Positions 1 to 8,053 of a DNA stretch of 32,000 nucleotides are shown here, one piece after another; positions within the stretch are counted from its first letter, which is position 1; every line of letters starts with the position of its first letter. The DNA is taken from sequence record MK605242.1; one strand, given 5' to 3'. The stretch comes from Nodularia phage vB_NspS-kac65v151. The position numbers were made by a program, and so were the translations under genes. Below the pieces are notes generated by a model that was not told the DNA's origin, searched no databases, and saw only the letters and a list, made by a program, of their open reading frames with translations.

Positions 1-2
1 TT

Positions 3-149
3 GGTCTGGCTTTAGCCGTGATCGCTATTGTTGCGGTGTTTGATTTGACTAACAGAAACACTCAACTCAGACAAATGTTAGATAACCAATGCCAGCCACA
101 GCGACCGGGACAGCTTCTAAACCGTGATGTGATTAAAAAGACAATATGA
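3..149 (+). CDS. C-terminal fragment of a small membrane-anchored protein, truncated by the window edge
   Basis: Open frame from nt 3 reads GLALAVIAIVAVFDLTNRNTQLRQMLDNQCQPQRPGQLLNRDVIKKTI*. It starts with a hydrophobic segment, and its TGA overlaps the ATG at 146 (ATGA). Confidence 0.5.
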   Translation, partial: GLALAVIAIVAVFDLTNRNTQLRQMLDNQCQPQRPGQLLNRDVIKKTI

Positions 150-451
150 AGCACTCCGCAGACCTTAAACCCGTATTATTTCAAATCTCACCTGACCAGA
201 TCACTAACTATTTAATAGCTAACGGTTGGGTGATTGATCGGGTGGTTGACGGTCACTCTGTTTTCTCACTAGAACATGGTGACACGGGTTGTAAGCTACT
301 CCTTCCTCAGCAAGATAACGATCCAGATTACGCGCATAGGTTGCTAGATATTCTACTTGTACTACAACTAACGCGATCACCTTCCATTGGTGATATTGCT
401 AATGACATAAAGCGGTTTCAGGTAAAACATAATGCTTGCACCATTAATTGA
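146..451 (+). CDS. hypothetical protein, 101 aa
   Basis: Complete ORF with an ATGA overlap to the upstream frame; it overlaps the next ORF by 20 nt in a compact cluster leading to tmk. Confidence 0.6.
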   Translation: MKHSADLKPVLFQISPDQITNYLIANGWVIDRVVDGHSVFSLEHGDTGCKLLLPQQDNDPDYAHRLLDILLVLQLTRSPSIGDIANDIKRFQVKHNACTIN

Positions 452-656
452 TTTCTTGTACCTACTAGCAGAACTAATTACTAAGAGCCACGATAACTAC
501 TGGTACTTTTTGTTTGGACATTACTTGCATGATTCAGTACCTGTAGCCTTCTTTATAGCTTCAGTAGATATTTTCCTTGTCTTAACCATTCTAGTAATGG
601 CTCTGTTGATTATTAATTGTTTTCTCGAAATATTGTTTCTCCACGACTCACAATGA
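432..656 (+). CDS. hypothetical small membrane protein, 74 aa
   Basis: Hydrophobic stretches (VPVAFFIASVDIFLVLTILVMALLIINCFLEILFL). Its stop codon overlaps the likely tmk start at 653 (ATGA). Confidence 0.55.
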   Translation: MLAPLIDFLYLLAELITKSHDNYWYFLFGHYLHDSVPVAFFIASVDIFLVLTILVMALLIINCFLEILFLHDSQ

Positions 657-1318
657 AAAAAGGTAAGTTTATTGTATTCGATGGTGGTGAAGGTTCCGGT
701 AAAACCACACAACTAGAGCTAGCTGCTAAGTGGTTGTATGCTCACCAAATTCCCACATGGTCAACTAGAGAGCCTGGTGGTACTAAGTTGGGTCAACAGT
801 TGCGGGAGATTTTGCTACACGATCAAGAAGTTTCCCCTATAGCTGAATTACTACTATATCAGGCTGATAGGGCGCAACACGTATTAGAGATAAAGAAACG
901 TTTGCATTATGGTATATGGGTTCTGTGTGATCGCTTTACACTGTCCACACTTGCTTATCAGGGTGCTGGACGGTATCAGCCCACAAAAATGATTGAGCAG
1001 TTGAACGAAATCTCAGCGCAAGGACTTGAACCAGACTGGACATTTTTACTGGATATCGACCCTGCTATTGGATTAACTCGCAAAGGACACCAGCAAGCCT
1101 TGGATAAGTTTGAGCAAGAAGCCATCAGCTTTCATCAACGTGTGCGAGAATGTTATCTGGAAATTGCACACCATACTTTACTGGATTATACAATTATTTG
1201 CGCTCAACAGGGCATAGAGAGTGTGTCTGCCCCAATTCATTATGTTTTGTCTAATTTAGCTGGTGTACCTATCACACCAGCTACAAAACCTAGTGATGCT
1301 CATCTTCTTTGTATCTAG
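653..1318 (+). CDS. tmk: thymidylate kinase (dTMP kinase)
   Basis: P-loop FIVFDGGEGSGKTTQ, then TREPGGTKLGQQLREILL, LLLYQADRAQH, VLCDRFTLSTLAYQGAGR and FLLDIDPAIGLTR. These are typical Tmk motifs. The likely start is MKKGKFIVFDG at 653, not 617. Confidence 0.96.
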   Translation: MKKGKFIVFDGGEGSGKTTQLELAAKWLYAHQIPTWSTREPGGTKLGQQLREILLHDQEVSPIAELLLYQADRAQHVLEIKKRLHYGIWVLCDRFTLSTLAYQGAGRYQPTKMIEQLNEISAQGLEPDWTFLLDIDPAIGLTRKGHQQALDKFEQEAISFHQRVRECYLEIAHHTLLDYTIICAQQGIESVSAPIHYVLSNLAGVPITPATKPSDAHLLCI

Positions 1319-1350
1319 TCGATACGTTTCGCCTAAAGTGGTGTAAAATG

Positions 1351-1386
1351 GTGGGACATTCCAGTTCATAACTAAAATGTCCCCAC
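1351..1386. terminator. inverted repeat between convergent genes, possible terminator
   Basis: GTGGGACATT ... AATGTCCCCAC with one bulge, between tmk (+) and the ORF at 1417..1668 (-). There is no strong T tract. Confidence 0.3.
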
Positions 1387-1416
1387 AATCTTTAAAAATA
1401 CTGGCAGAAATGGTCG

Positions 1417-1668
1417 TTAGATTTTCAGAATCACATTTATCTCTCCACAGTCACACTCCACCTTTTCCACAAGATCCTGAAACAGCACGTACATTTCATC
1501 AACCGTCGCGCACTGCCAAAATTCCGGCTTAGAACCGTATTCAAGCAATTTCTCGTAAATACCTTCAGAACCTGCTGATTCTTTTTTTAAAGCGTTCAGC
1601 AGGTTATTTAATTTTGTCTGTTTTATTTGAATTATTTCGTTTAGATCGTTATCGCCTAAACCTACCAA
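1417..1668 (-). CDS. hypothetical protein, 83 aa
   Basis: Complete ORF with plausible soluble composition and little competition from other frames. Confidence 0.5.
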   Translation of the reverse strand: MVGLGDNDLNEIIQIKQTKLNNLLNALKKESAGSEGIYEKLLEYGSKPEFWQCATVDEMYVLFQDLVEKVECDCGEINVILKI

Positions 1669-1894
1669 TTTGCTTATTTGTTGCCTTAATTCCTTTATTT
1701 CAGCAGTTTCTTCTACTGTTCTGTCTATTTGGATCGATCCAAGATCCGCTATTGTCTCAGCCCCTTTTTGCCTTTGTGATTCTAGTCACAAGTATTAGAG
1801 CTTATAAGGAAGGCAGGCTGAAAACCCTTGAGGAACAGGTGCGTAGCACCGTATTCCGTACTTTAGGCAAGGGATGAAAGCTGCCTGGAGGCGT

Positions 1895-2101
1895 TTACGC
1901 CTCTGTGGTGCAATATTTTCTAATCATCGCCTCTAAATATTCACTAGCGCTTACGTCATTTTTTGCGGCTAATTCTTGCACAGAATACCAAGCGGTATCT
2001 GTGAGCATAACGCCTCTTTTCTTCTTTATTTCATTGTATAAAACAGGTGTATTTTTTACCCTTTTCTTACCTTTTCCTGTTGACATAATCAGAACATTCA
2101 C
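1895..2101 (-). CDS. small ribbon-helix-helix/CopG-like protein, divergent to tnpB
   Basis: 68 aa, KKKRGVMLTDTAWYSVQELAAKNDVSASEYLEAMIRKY. This has the short beta strand plus two-helix pattern typical of RHH proteins. It is divergently oriented 43 bp from tnpB and lies inside element A. Confidence 0.5.
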   Translation of the reverse strand: MNVLIMSTGKGKKRVKNTPVLYNEIKKKRGVMLTDTAWYSVQELAAKNDVSASEYLEAMIRKYCTTEA

Positions 2102-2144
2102 TTATACTAAATATAATATAAGCAAAGCAAGGGGGTGAGTCAAG

Positions 2145-3329
2145 TTGCTAGTTCTAGAGTATAAAGTCAAAGCCAAAAAACTACAATACTTAGCTATTGA
2201 GGAAGCCATCAAAACAACTCAATTCATTAGAAATAAGTGTTTGAGGTATTGGATGGATGCACCAAGAGAGTTGAAAATTGATAGATTTGCGCTCAATAAG
2301 TATTCAACGGAACTACGCAACGAATTTAAATTTGTGGCTAACTTAAATTCAATGGCAGTGCAATCATCAGCCGAAAGAGCATGGTTAGCAATATCAAGGT
2401 TTTACGAAAATTGTAAAAAGAAAGTATCAGGTAAAAAAGGGTATCCAAGATTTCAGCATGATAATCGCTCGGTTGAGTATAAAACATCAGGTTGGAAGCT
2501 AAACCAAACTCAACGCCGTATTACCATTACTGACAAAAAAGGTATTGGTGAGTTGAAATTGCTGGGTAAGTGGGATATTGAAACTTACCCGGTTAAATCA
2601 ATTAAGCGTGTTAGATTGGTACGCCGTGCTGATGGCTATTACTGTCAATTTTGTATTGATGTTGAGGTTTTAGACATTCAACCATTGGCAGGTAATGAAA
2701 TTGGTTTAGACGTTGGAATTCAGAGCTTTTACACAGACTCAAACGGACATCAAGAGGCTAATCCCAAGTTTTTGAGAAAGGCTGAGTCAAAAATCAAACA
2801 CGCTCAAAGACGCGTTTACAAAAAGAAAAAAGGTTCGTCAGGACGTAAAAAAGCTAGAGCTATATTTGCCAGAAAGCATTTGAGAATAAGTAGGCAACGG
2901 AATGAACACGCTAAGAGAATAGCGCGTAACGTGTGCAAGTCTAACGACTTAGTAGCCTATGAAGACTTACGAGTGCGTAATTTACTCAAAAATCATTGTT
3001 TAGCTAAGTCAATTGCTGACGCTAGCTGGTATTTGTTTCGGCAATGGATTGAGTATTTTGCTGGTAAATTTGGTAAATTAGCCATTGCTGTAGCACCACA
3101 TTACACATCACAAAAATGTTCAAACTGTGATGCTATCGTTAAAAAATCCCTATCAACGCGCACCCATGTTTGTAATTGTGGATGTAGTTTGCATAGGGAT
3201 GAAAATGCAGCAATTAACATTTTGAATCTTGCAAGACAAGCTAGGACGGGGCGCGTCCAAAGTAACGCTGTAGGACTCGTGGCCGCTACTCTTTTAGGCG
3301 AAAGCCTATTAGAGCAAGTGACGAGGTAG
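2145..3329 (+). CDS. tnpB: TnpB-family RNA-guided endonuclease / OrfB transposase
   Basis: TTG start. RuvC motifs GLDVGIQSFYT, VAYEDLRVRNLL and HRDENAA; zinc finger CSNCDAIVKKSLSTRTHVCNCGC. The D/E/D catalytic triad appears intact. Confidence 0.93.
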   Translation: MLVLEYKVKAKKLQYLAIEEAIKTTQFIRNKCLRYWMDAPRELKIDRFALNKYSTELRNEFKFVANLNSMAVQSSAERAWLAISRFYENCKKKVSGKKGYPRFQHDNRSVEYKTSGWKLNQTQRRITITDKKGIGELKLLGKWDIETYPVKSIKRVRLVRRADGYYCQFCIDVEVLDIQPLAGNEIGLDVGIQSFYTDSNGHQEANPKFLRKAESKIKHAQRRVYKKKKGSSGRKKARAIFARKHLRISRQRNEHAKRIARNVCKSNDLVAYEDLRVRNLLKNHCLAKSIADASWYLFRQWIEYFAGKFGKLAIAVAPHYTSQKCSNCDAIVKKSLSTRTHVCNCGCSLHRDENAAINILNLARQARTGRVQSNAVGLVAATLLGESLLEQVTR

Positions 3330-3385
3330 ATTACAGAATCCCCTCGCCTTTAGGCAGGGGAGTGTCAAAATCACTGCTAAATTGC
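3330..3385 (+). ncRNA. omegaRNA 3' end plus candidate guide of element A
   Basis: The terminal hairpin CCCCTCGCCTTTAGGCAGGGG followed by AGTGTCAA matches the conserved TnpB right-end/omegaRNA terminus. The candidate guide starts after TCAA at ~3369 (AATCACTGCTAAATTG). The 5' boundary inside tnpB is unknown. Confidence 0.55.
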
Positions 3386-3490
3386 TGTAAGCCTAATTTT
3401 TTCGTTACTGTATCAAGTCGTTAGCTGCTATATGTGAGATCACTAAAAATTACTCCTCTTATCTTGCAAATTAAATATACCACTAATCGC

Positions 3491-3537
3491 AAATCTGTGT
3501 TTTAATATTTAAAGTGAAACAAACGAAACACAGATTT
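3491..3537 (+). promoter_or_regulatory. 12-bp perfect inverted repeat immediately 5' of the RNR start codon
   Basis: AAATCTGTGTTT (3491-3502) and AAACACAGATTT (3526-3537) with a 23-nt loop, ending 5 nt before the ATG at 3543. Confidence 0.6.
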
Positions 3538-3542
3538 AAGAT

Positions 3543-6500
3543 ATGTCAACCAGCACAATAACCAATACACATGAGTATTTCGACTTAGTAAATCCCAGCT
3601 ATATCAGTTGGGAATTTTACTCGCAATATATTGACAAGGAACCTCCGTTTGGTGACTTGGGGTTAATTGTTTACTTAAGAACCTATAGCCGCTTTGTAGA
3701 GGAGTTAGGCAGACGTGAGAAGTGGTGTGAGTGCTGCTTGCGTACAGTTGAGTATTCTGTCAGCTTAGATAATAAAAGCCCCGTAGAGTGGAAAAAAGCT
3801 GAAGCTGAGAAGCTGTTTGACATGATGTTCAATATGCGTGGTTTCCCCGCAGGTCGTACATTATGGATGGGTGATAAGAACAAAGCGATCGCGCAAACAG
3901 CCAATTTTAACTGCTCCTTTAGGGTTATAGACAGCATTTCAGCCTATTCTGAGATTATATATCTGCTGATGGTTGGTGCTGGCGCTGGCTTCTCTGTTCA
4001 AAACGAGTATGTCTCTAAGCTGCCAACGTTTAACACTGATTTCAAAGTTGACCATATTCCATTTGTGAAACAGTCCAAGGTGGCTAATCAGGATGATACA
4101 GTGCTGGAACTTGCTGATGATCATGATTGGGGTTACGTATGTAAGAAGACCTTCACTGAGCAAGACCTAATTAAGCCCGAAGGCTACTTTATTCCAACCA
4201 TTTCTGACATCTCTTTATATACTGAAGCCAAAATCACAGTAGGTGATAGCCGTGTTGGTTGGAGCAACGCATTACGTCTATTTTTAGAACTACTGACTCA
4301 TACTAATATTAAAAACATTTCAATCAATTACAACCTAATCCGTCCTAAAGGTGCGAGATTAAAAACTTTTGGTGGACGTGCCTCTGGTTATGCTCCTCTT
4401 AAGACATTCTTCAGAAAAGCTGAATGGTTAATTAAGAACTGTGGTGGTAAATTTACCTCAGTAGTCGCTATGGATTTGGCTAACATAATCGCTGAAGTGG
4501 TTGTTGTAGCGGGTGTAAGAAGGTCGAGTGAGATAGGTATAGGTGATGCCTGGGATGTAGCTTTTAAGACAGCTAAGTATGACCTGTTTAGATACGATCC
4601 TGGGTTCACATCATCTGGTTTAGAACTCGTCTCAGACGACGGAAATATGAGTGCTGTTGAAGCCATAGCCGAAACGTATGAAGCTTTTAAATACCAGGTA
4701 ACAATTGCTGATATCATTGCAGACGATGCTGAACATGGTGGTCTACTTCCAACACTCGCCAAAAGATTTGACTTATGGGATACGCAAGATCCCAAAAACG
4801 TTGAGGTTCAAAAGCTTGTAGATTCAGTTGACCCTAAATTCCGCTACCGTGAAAGCCGTGTAATGTCTAATAACTCCATTGGGCTGCAAACTAAGCCCAG
4901 TCGAGAAGAGTTGGAAACTTTAGTCACTTTCATTAAGAATAACGGTGAACCTGGGTTATTTAACTATGAAGCGGGACGCAAACGCAGGGCTGATTTCCAG
5001 GGATCGAACCCTTGTTTCACTGGTGATATGCGGTTGCTAACCTCAGATGGTTACAAGACTTTTTCTGATCTATCGGTGTCTGATGATATTGCTCTTGTAG
5101 ATTATGTCGGACGCGTACGCAGGGGTAAGGTATGGAGCAACGGTATCAAACCATGTGTTGAGTTAAGGCTCTCTAATGATGTCAAGCTTAGATGCACAGC
5201 AGACCATAGATGGATGACTTCTCAGCAATCTAGTGTTCAAGCCTCGGAATTAAAAAATCAACAACTAATGCCTTTTATTTCCAAACCCTACCACGATAGT
5301 TCTTGGGTTAGGTATGGTTTCATTCAGGGTGATGGTAACACCAGCAGATTATTGAGCGAGACACATAAAGGGATTGAAGTTAATATCGGAGATAATGACA
5401 CTGATATATACGGCTTGTTTTCTAGCGTTAGCTTCACTAAGAATAAATCAGGCAGAGCGATATATCTCAACGACTCTAAAGATATGGCTGTTATCAGCCG
5501 TATTGGTTATTCTACCAGCACTCTACCTGAGAGGGTTTTACCTCTTTGCTACTCTAGTCTAAATAAAGCGGAAAAAGCTGCTTTTCTATCTGGTTGCTAT
5601 TCTGCTAATGGGACTGTACTTGTGTCTGCTAGGCGTGTTACCTACAAATCTACTTGTAGAGAATTATTAGAGCAGATTCAGGATAGCTTACTAGAAGACT
5701 TTAGCATCAACAGCTACATCACCACTAATAAACCCAAGGATGTAGAGTTTGTCAATGGTTCTTATAAATGCAAGGAGAGTCACGACTTAAATATTGCCTC
5801 TTATGAGGATAGGCTAGCATTCTACAATCAGATAGGTTTTGCTCAAACCTATAAGACAGAGCGACTGCTGCATGATCTTATCAACTCTTCTCCATTTGTA
5901 ACATCTATCAAGAAAATACAACCTCAAGAAGTGTTTGATTTTAGTCTTGATTATGTACACCCTATAGATGGTGAGCTTGACACCCACTGGGGAGTAGTCG
6001 AGGGTCGTATAGCTCACAACTGCGGAGAAATCCTATTACGCAATAAGGCCGTGTGCAACCTCACAGAAGGAAATTTGAGAGCATACGTCAGACCGGATAA
6101 ATCTTTTGACTTCCTCACATTTGAATCTGACCTACGCTTACTCACTCGTATCGGTAGCCGTGTGACACTAGTTAAAATGTGGCATCCAGATTGGGACACA
6201 GTTCAAAGTGAAGACCGCTTACTTGGTGTTTCATTGACTGGACAGTGTGACGCTTGGCTTGCAATGGGTAATCCTTCTGACACAGTTAAAAATGAGATTC
6301 TAGCTTTTGCCAAGAGAATAGTTAGAGATGAGGAAGAAAAGTACCACAGCTTCTTAGGTATCCCGCGCTCAAAACTCACCACTACTGGCAAACCAAGCGG
6401 AACGATCGCCCAGTTGCCAACAGTATCAAGTGGTTGTCATCAGCCTTACGCACCTTACTACTTTCGTAACGTCAGAATTAGCAGCACTGACCCGTTGGCT

Positions 6501-6992
6501 AGAGTTTTACTTGAGGCTGGTGTACCAGTAGCGCCTAACGGTAATAAAGGCACTTTGGAAGAGTCAGATACTTGGGTGTTTACATTCCCAGTCAAGACTA
6601 ATGCTCAGATTAAGTCAGTTGACGAGCCTGTACTTGAGCAATTAGAGCGCTACAAGAACCTGATGCAGCATTACGTTGAACATAACCAATCAGTTACTAT
6701 CAGTGTCGCGCCAGATGAATGGGATTTAGTGGTTAACTGGCTTGATGAGAACTGGGATAACTTTGTTGGTATCAGTTTCTTGCCTAAGTTTGATTCAACT
6801 ATTGGTGAAGACGGTAGCTTCCCTCAAATGCCCTACGTCACAGCTAATGAGGAAAGATACAGCGAGATGCTCCCTAAATTCCCACGACTACAGGAAGACC
6901 AACTGATTGAGATGATTGCACAGTATGAGAAATCCCAAGAAGAATATACTCTTGAAGATAGCTGCTCTACGGGTGCCTGTCCTGTTCGGTAA
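3543..6992 (+). CDS. nrdJ: adenosylcobalamin-dependent (class II) ribonucleoside-triphosphate reductase, intein-containing precursor
   Basis: MRGFPAGRTLWMG, NFNCSFRVIDSISAYSEIIYLLMVGAGAGFSVQNE, VVVAGVRRSSEIGIGD, SNNSIGLQTKPS, GSNP//CGEILLRNKAVCNLTE, SGTIAQLPTVSSGCHQPYAPYYFRNVRISSTDPL and ISFLPKFDSTIGEDGSFPQMPY are characteristic of the monomeric RTPR family. Confidence 0.95.
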   Translation: MSTSTITNTHEYFDLVNPSYISWEFYSQYIDKEPPFGDLGLIVYLRTYSRFVEELGRREKWCECCLRTVEYSVSLDNKSPVEWKKAEAEKLFDMMFNMRGFPAGRTLWMGDKNKAIAQTANFNCSFRVIDSISAYSEIIYLLMVGAGAGFSVQNEYVSKLPTFNTDFKVDHIPFVKQSKVANQDDTVLELADDHDWGYVCKKTFTEQDLIKPEGYFIPTISDISLYTEAKITVGDSRVGWSNALRLFLELLTHTNIKNISINYNLIRPKGARLKTFGGRASGYAPLKTFFRKAEWLIKNCGGKFTSVVAMDLANIIAEVVVVAGVRRSSEIGIGDAWDVAFKTAKYDLFRYDPGFTSSGLELVSDDGNMSAVEAIAETYEAFKYQVTIADIIADDAEHGGLLPTLAKRFDLWDTQDPKNVEVQKLVDSVDPKFRYRESRVMSNNSIGLQTKPSREELETLVTFIKNNGEPGLFNYEAGRKRRADFQGSNPCFTGDMRLLTSDGYKTFSDLSVSDDIALVDYVGRVRRGKVWSNGIKPCVELRLSNDVKLRCTADHRWMTSQQSSVQASELKNQQLMPFISKPYHDSSWVRYGFIQGDGNTSRLLSETHKGIEVNIGDNDTDIYGLFSSVSFTKNKSGRAIYLNDSKDMAVISRIGYSTSTLPERVLPLCYSSLNKAEKAAFLSGCYSANGTVLVSARRVTYKSTCRELLEQIQDSLLEDFSINSYITTNKPKDVEFVNGSYKCKESHDLNIASYEDRLAFYNQIGFAQTYKTERLLHDLINSSPFVTSIKKIQPQEVFDFSLDYVHPIDGELDTHWGVVEGRIAHNCGEILLRNKAVCNLTEGNLRAYVRPDKSFDFLTFESDLRLLTRIGSRVTLVKMWHPDWDTVQSEDRLLGVSLTGQCDAWLAMGNPSDTVKNEILAFAKRIVRDEEEKYHSFLGIPRSKLTTTGKPSGTIAQLPTVSSGCHQPYAPYYFRNVRISSTDPLARVLLEAGVPVAPNGNKGTLEESDTWVFTFPVKTNAQIKSVDEPVLEQLERYKNLMQHYVEHNQSVTISVAPDEWDLVVNWLDENWDNFVGISFLPKFDSTIGEDGSFPQMPYVTANEERYSEMLPKFPRLQEDQLIEMIAQYEKSQEEYTLEDSCSTGACPVR
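5013..6020 (+). other. intein (336 aa) with a LAGLIDADG-like homing endonuclease domain, inside the RNR
   Basis: Starts with Cys (CFTGDMRLLTSDGYKTFSDL). Contains a B-block-like LRCTADHRWMT, endonuclease motifs FIQGDGNTS and FLSGCYSANGTVL, and ends VVEGRIAHN followed by Cys. Removing it restores GSNP-CGEILL. Confidence 0.95.
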
Positions 6993-7153
6993 TTAATTTA
7001 TGGGGAGACTTTAAAACCTCCCCAACTGACTCCATAGGTACGATCGCTTCTCACCACGTCCGCAATTGAGGGGATAAAATGTTTCAGTCCTTCTCGCTCG
7101 AACATTTGGTAGAACTAGCCACATTTTACCAACTCGCGCTACCTCTTATTTAC

Positions 7154-7632
7154 CTAAAAAACAGATCGCAGCTAATACGTGAAATAGAGAATTATAAGAA
7201 AATAGGCTGAAAACCCTTGAGGTTAAGTTTTGGAGCATGGCGGAAAAACTTAAACGTGCTTTAGACAAGGGATGAAAGCCGGCTAAGGCGTTTACGCCTC
7301 GGTGACTTTGTGGTAGAATAATTCTCACAGGAACGGTAATTAACCTGTATAAAAACCCAAGTGCCTCACGGCAATCTGTACCTTGACAACTAAATCTATG
7401 GGGTTCTACTTCGTAGTTCTAGTATCACCTGGAAGTAGGTAAAAGATTTACAGGTACTAGACGACACAGAATTTAACTCAAACAAAATTTGCGGTAACGC
7501 AACTACCTCCGGGCAGGGGGAAAGTTAACGCTTGGGGAGAGAACCACCTCTGGGTTAGATACCGCAAGGAGTCTAATCTAAGTGGACTCGTTGAACCAAG
7601 AATCCCCGCACCTTTAGGTCGGGGAGTGTCAA
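7154..7632 (+). mobile_element. non-autonomous IS200/IS605-type element (element B) with no tnpA or tnpB
   Basis: Preceded by TTAC (7150-7153). Contains the same left-end motif as element A (AGGCTGAAAACCCTTGAGG, CAAGGGATGAAAG, GGCGTTTACGCCTC) and the right end GAATCCCCGCACCTTTAGGTCGGGGAGTGTCAA. The interior encodes no transposase ORF. Confidence 0.7.
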
Positions 7633-7650
7633 TATAAGGTGTTTGATTAT
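7470..7650 (+). ncRNA. putative stand-alone omegaRNA with its guide overlapping the next gene start
   Basis: Structured sequence ending in the conserved right-end hairpin (CCCCGCACCTTTAGGTCGGGG AGTGTCAA). The candidate guide begins at 7633 (TATAAGGTGTTTGATTATG). The 5' end is estimated. Confidence 0.4.
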
Positions 7651-8020
7651 GCCAAAAGATAAATTTAAAACGGGTTCCCATTACTCCCACAGGTAATTAC
7701 CTCCAGAAATTACGCCGCCGAAAAAGTTTAAAGGCTTTGTGATCACAGCAGACTTTGCTAGTAAATTGGCTGAAAATAAGCAACTGATTACGCATTGTCA
7801 ACCCGTAGCAGATAAGCCATTCACCGGAGTGGTTGCTGAGTTTGTGTTTGGCTCTGATGTCGTGATATTACCTAATACTGAGTTCAAACCAGATCCAGTA
7901 AATGAACTTTACCAACTAACTAATTCAGCTAATACTGATCCAGAACCCAACACTAGTGTGCTATCCGAAGTTGATCTTAGATTTATCAATAGTGGTTGCT
8001 TTTCTGAATATTTAGACTAA
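7649..8020 (+). pseudogene. hypothetical protein gene with an in-frame TAA at codon 16 (the intact downstream portion is the 93 aa ORF 7739..8020)
   Basis: ATG at 7649 with an upstream AAGGTG reads MPKDKFKTGSHYSHR*LPPEITPPKKFKGFVITADFASKLAENK in one frame. The 7739 ORF starts at an internal GTG of the same frame. Confidence 0.5.
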
Positions 8021-8053
8021 GTAACAATCTCCAATTACTAGAGGATTATAATC

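Larger units (their letters stand above)
1805..3368 (+). mobile_element. IS200/IS605-family tnpB-carrying element (element A), no tnpA; left boundary approximate
   Basis: Left-end motif TTATAAG...AGGCTGAAAACCCTTGAGG...CAAGGGATGAAAG...GGCGTTTACGCCTC recurs at 7188-7311. The right end has a GAATCCCCTCGCCTTTAGGCAGGGGAGTGTCAA hairpin, which recurs at 7632 and, inverted, at 25741. Confidence 0.75.

Noticed and set aside
1614-2138. Plus-strand ORFs 1614..1877 and 1905..2138
   Set aside because: The first runs into the element A left end and the second is antisense to the more protein-like RHH ORF. Both look like read-through of non-coding or antisense sequence.
3370-3542. Cobalamin riboswitch upstream of the B12-dependent RNR
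   Set aside because: The region is AT-rich and short. No B12-box-like GCCACTG segment or extended structure was seen, only the 12-bp inverted repeat.
3683-6391. Minus-strand ORFs overlapping the RNR (3683..3937, 3939..4163, 4388..4795, 5814..6017, 6014..6199, 6203..6391)
   Set aside because: Shadow ORFs opposite the well-supported nrdJ/intein frame, with no recognisable motifs.
7146-7690. Minus-strand ORFs 7146..7328 and 7478..7690
   Set aside because: Located inside element B with no motifs. The 7478..7690 ORF is the reverse of the right-end hairpin/omegaRNA region.
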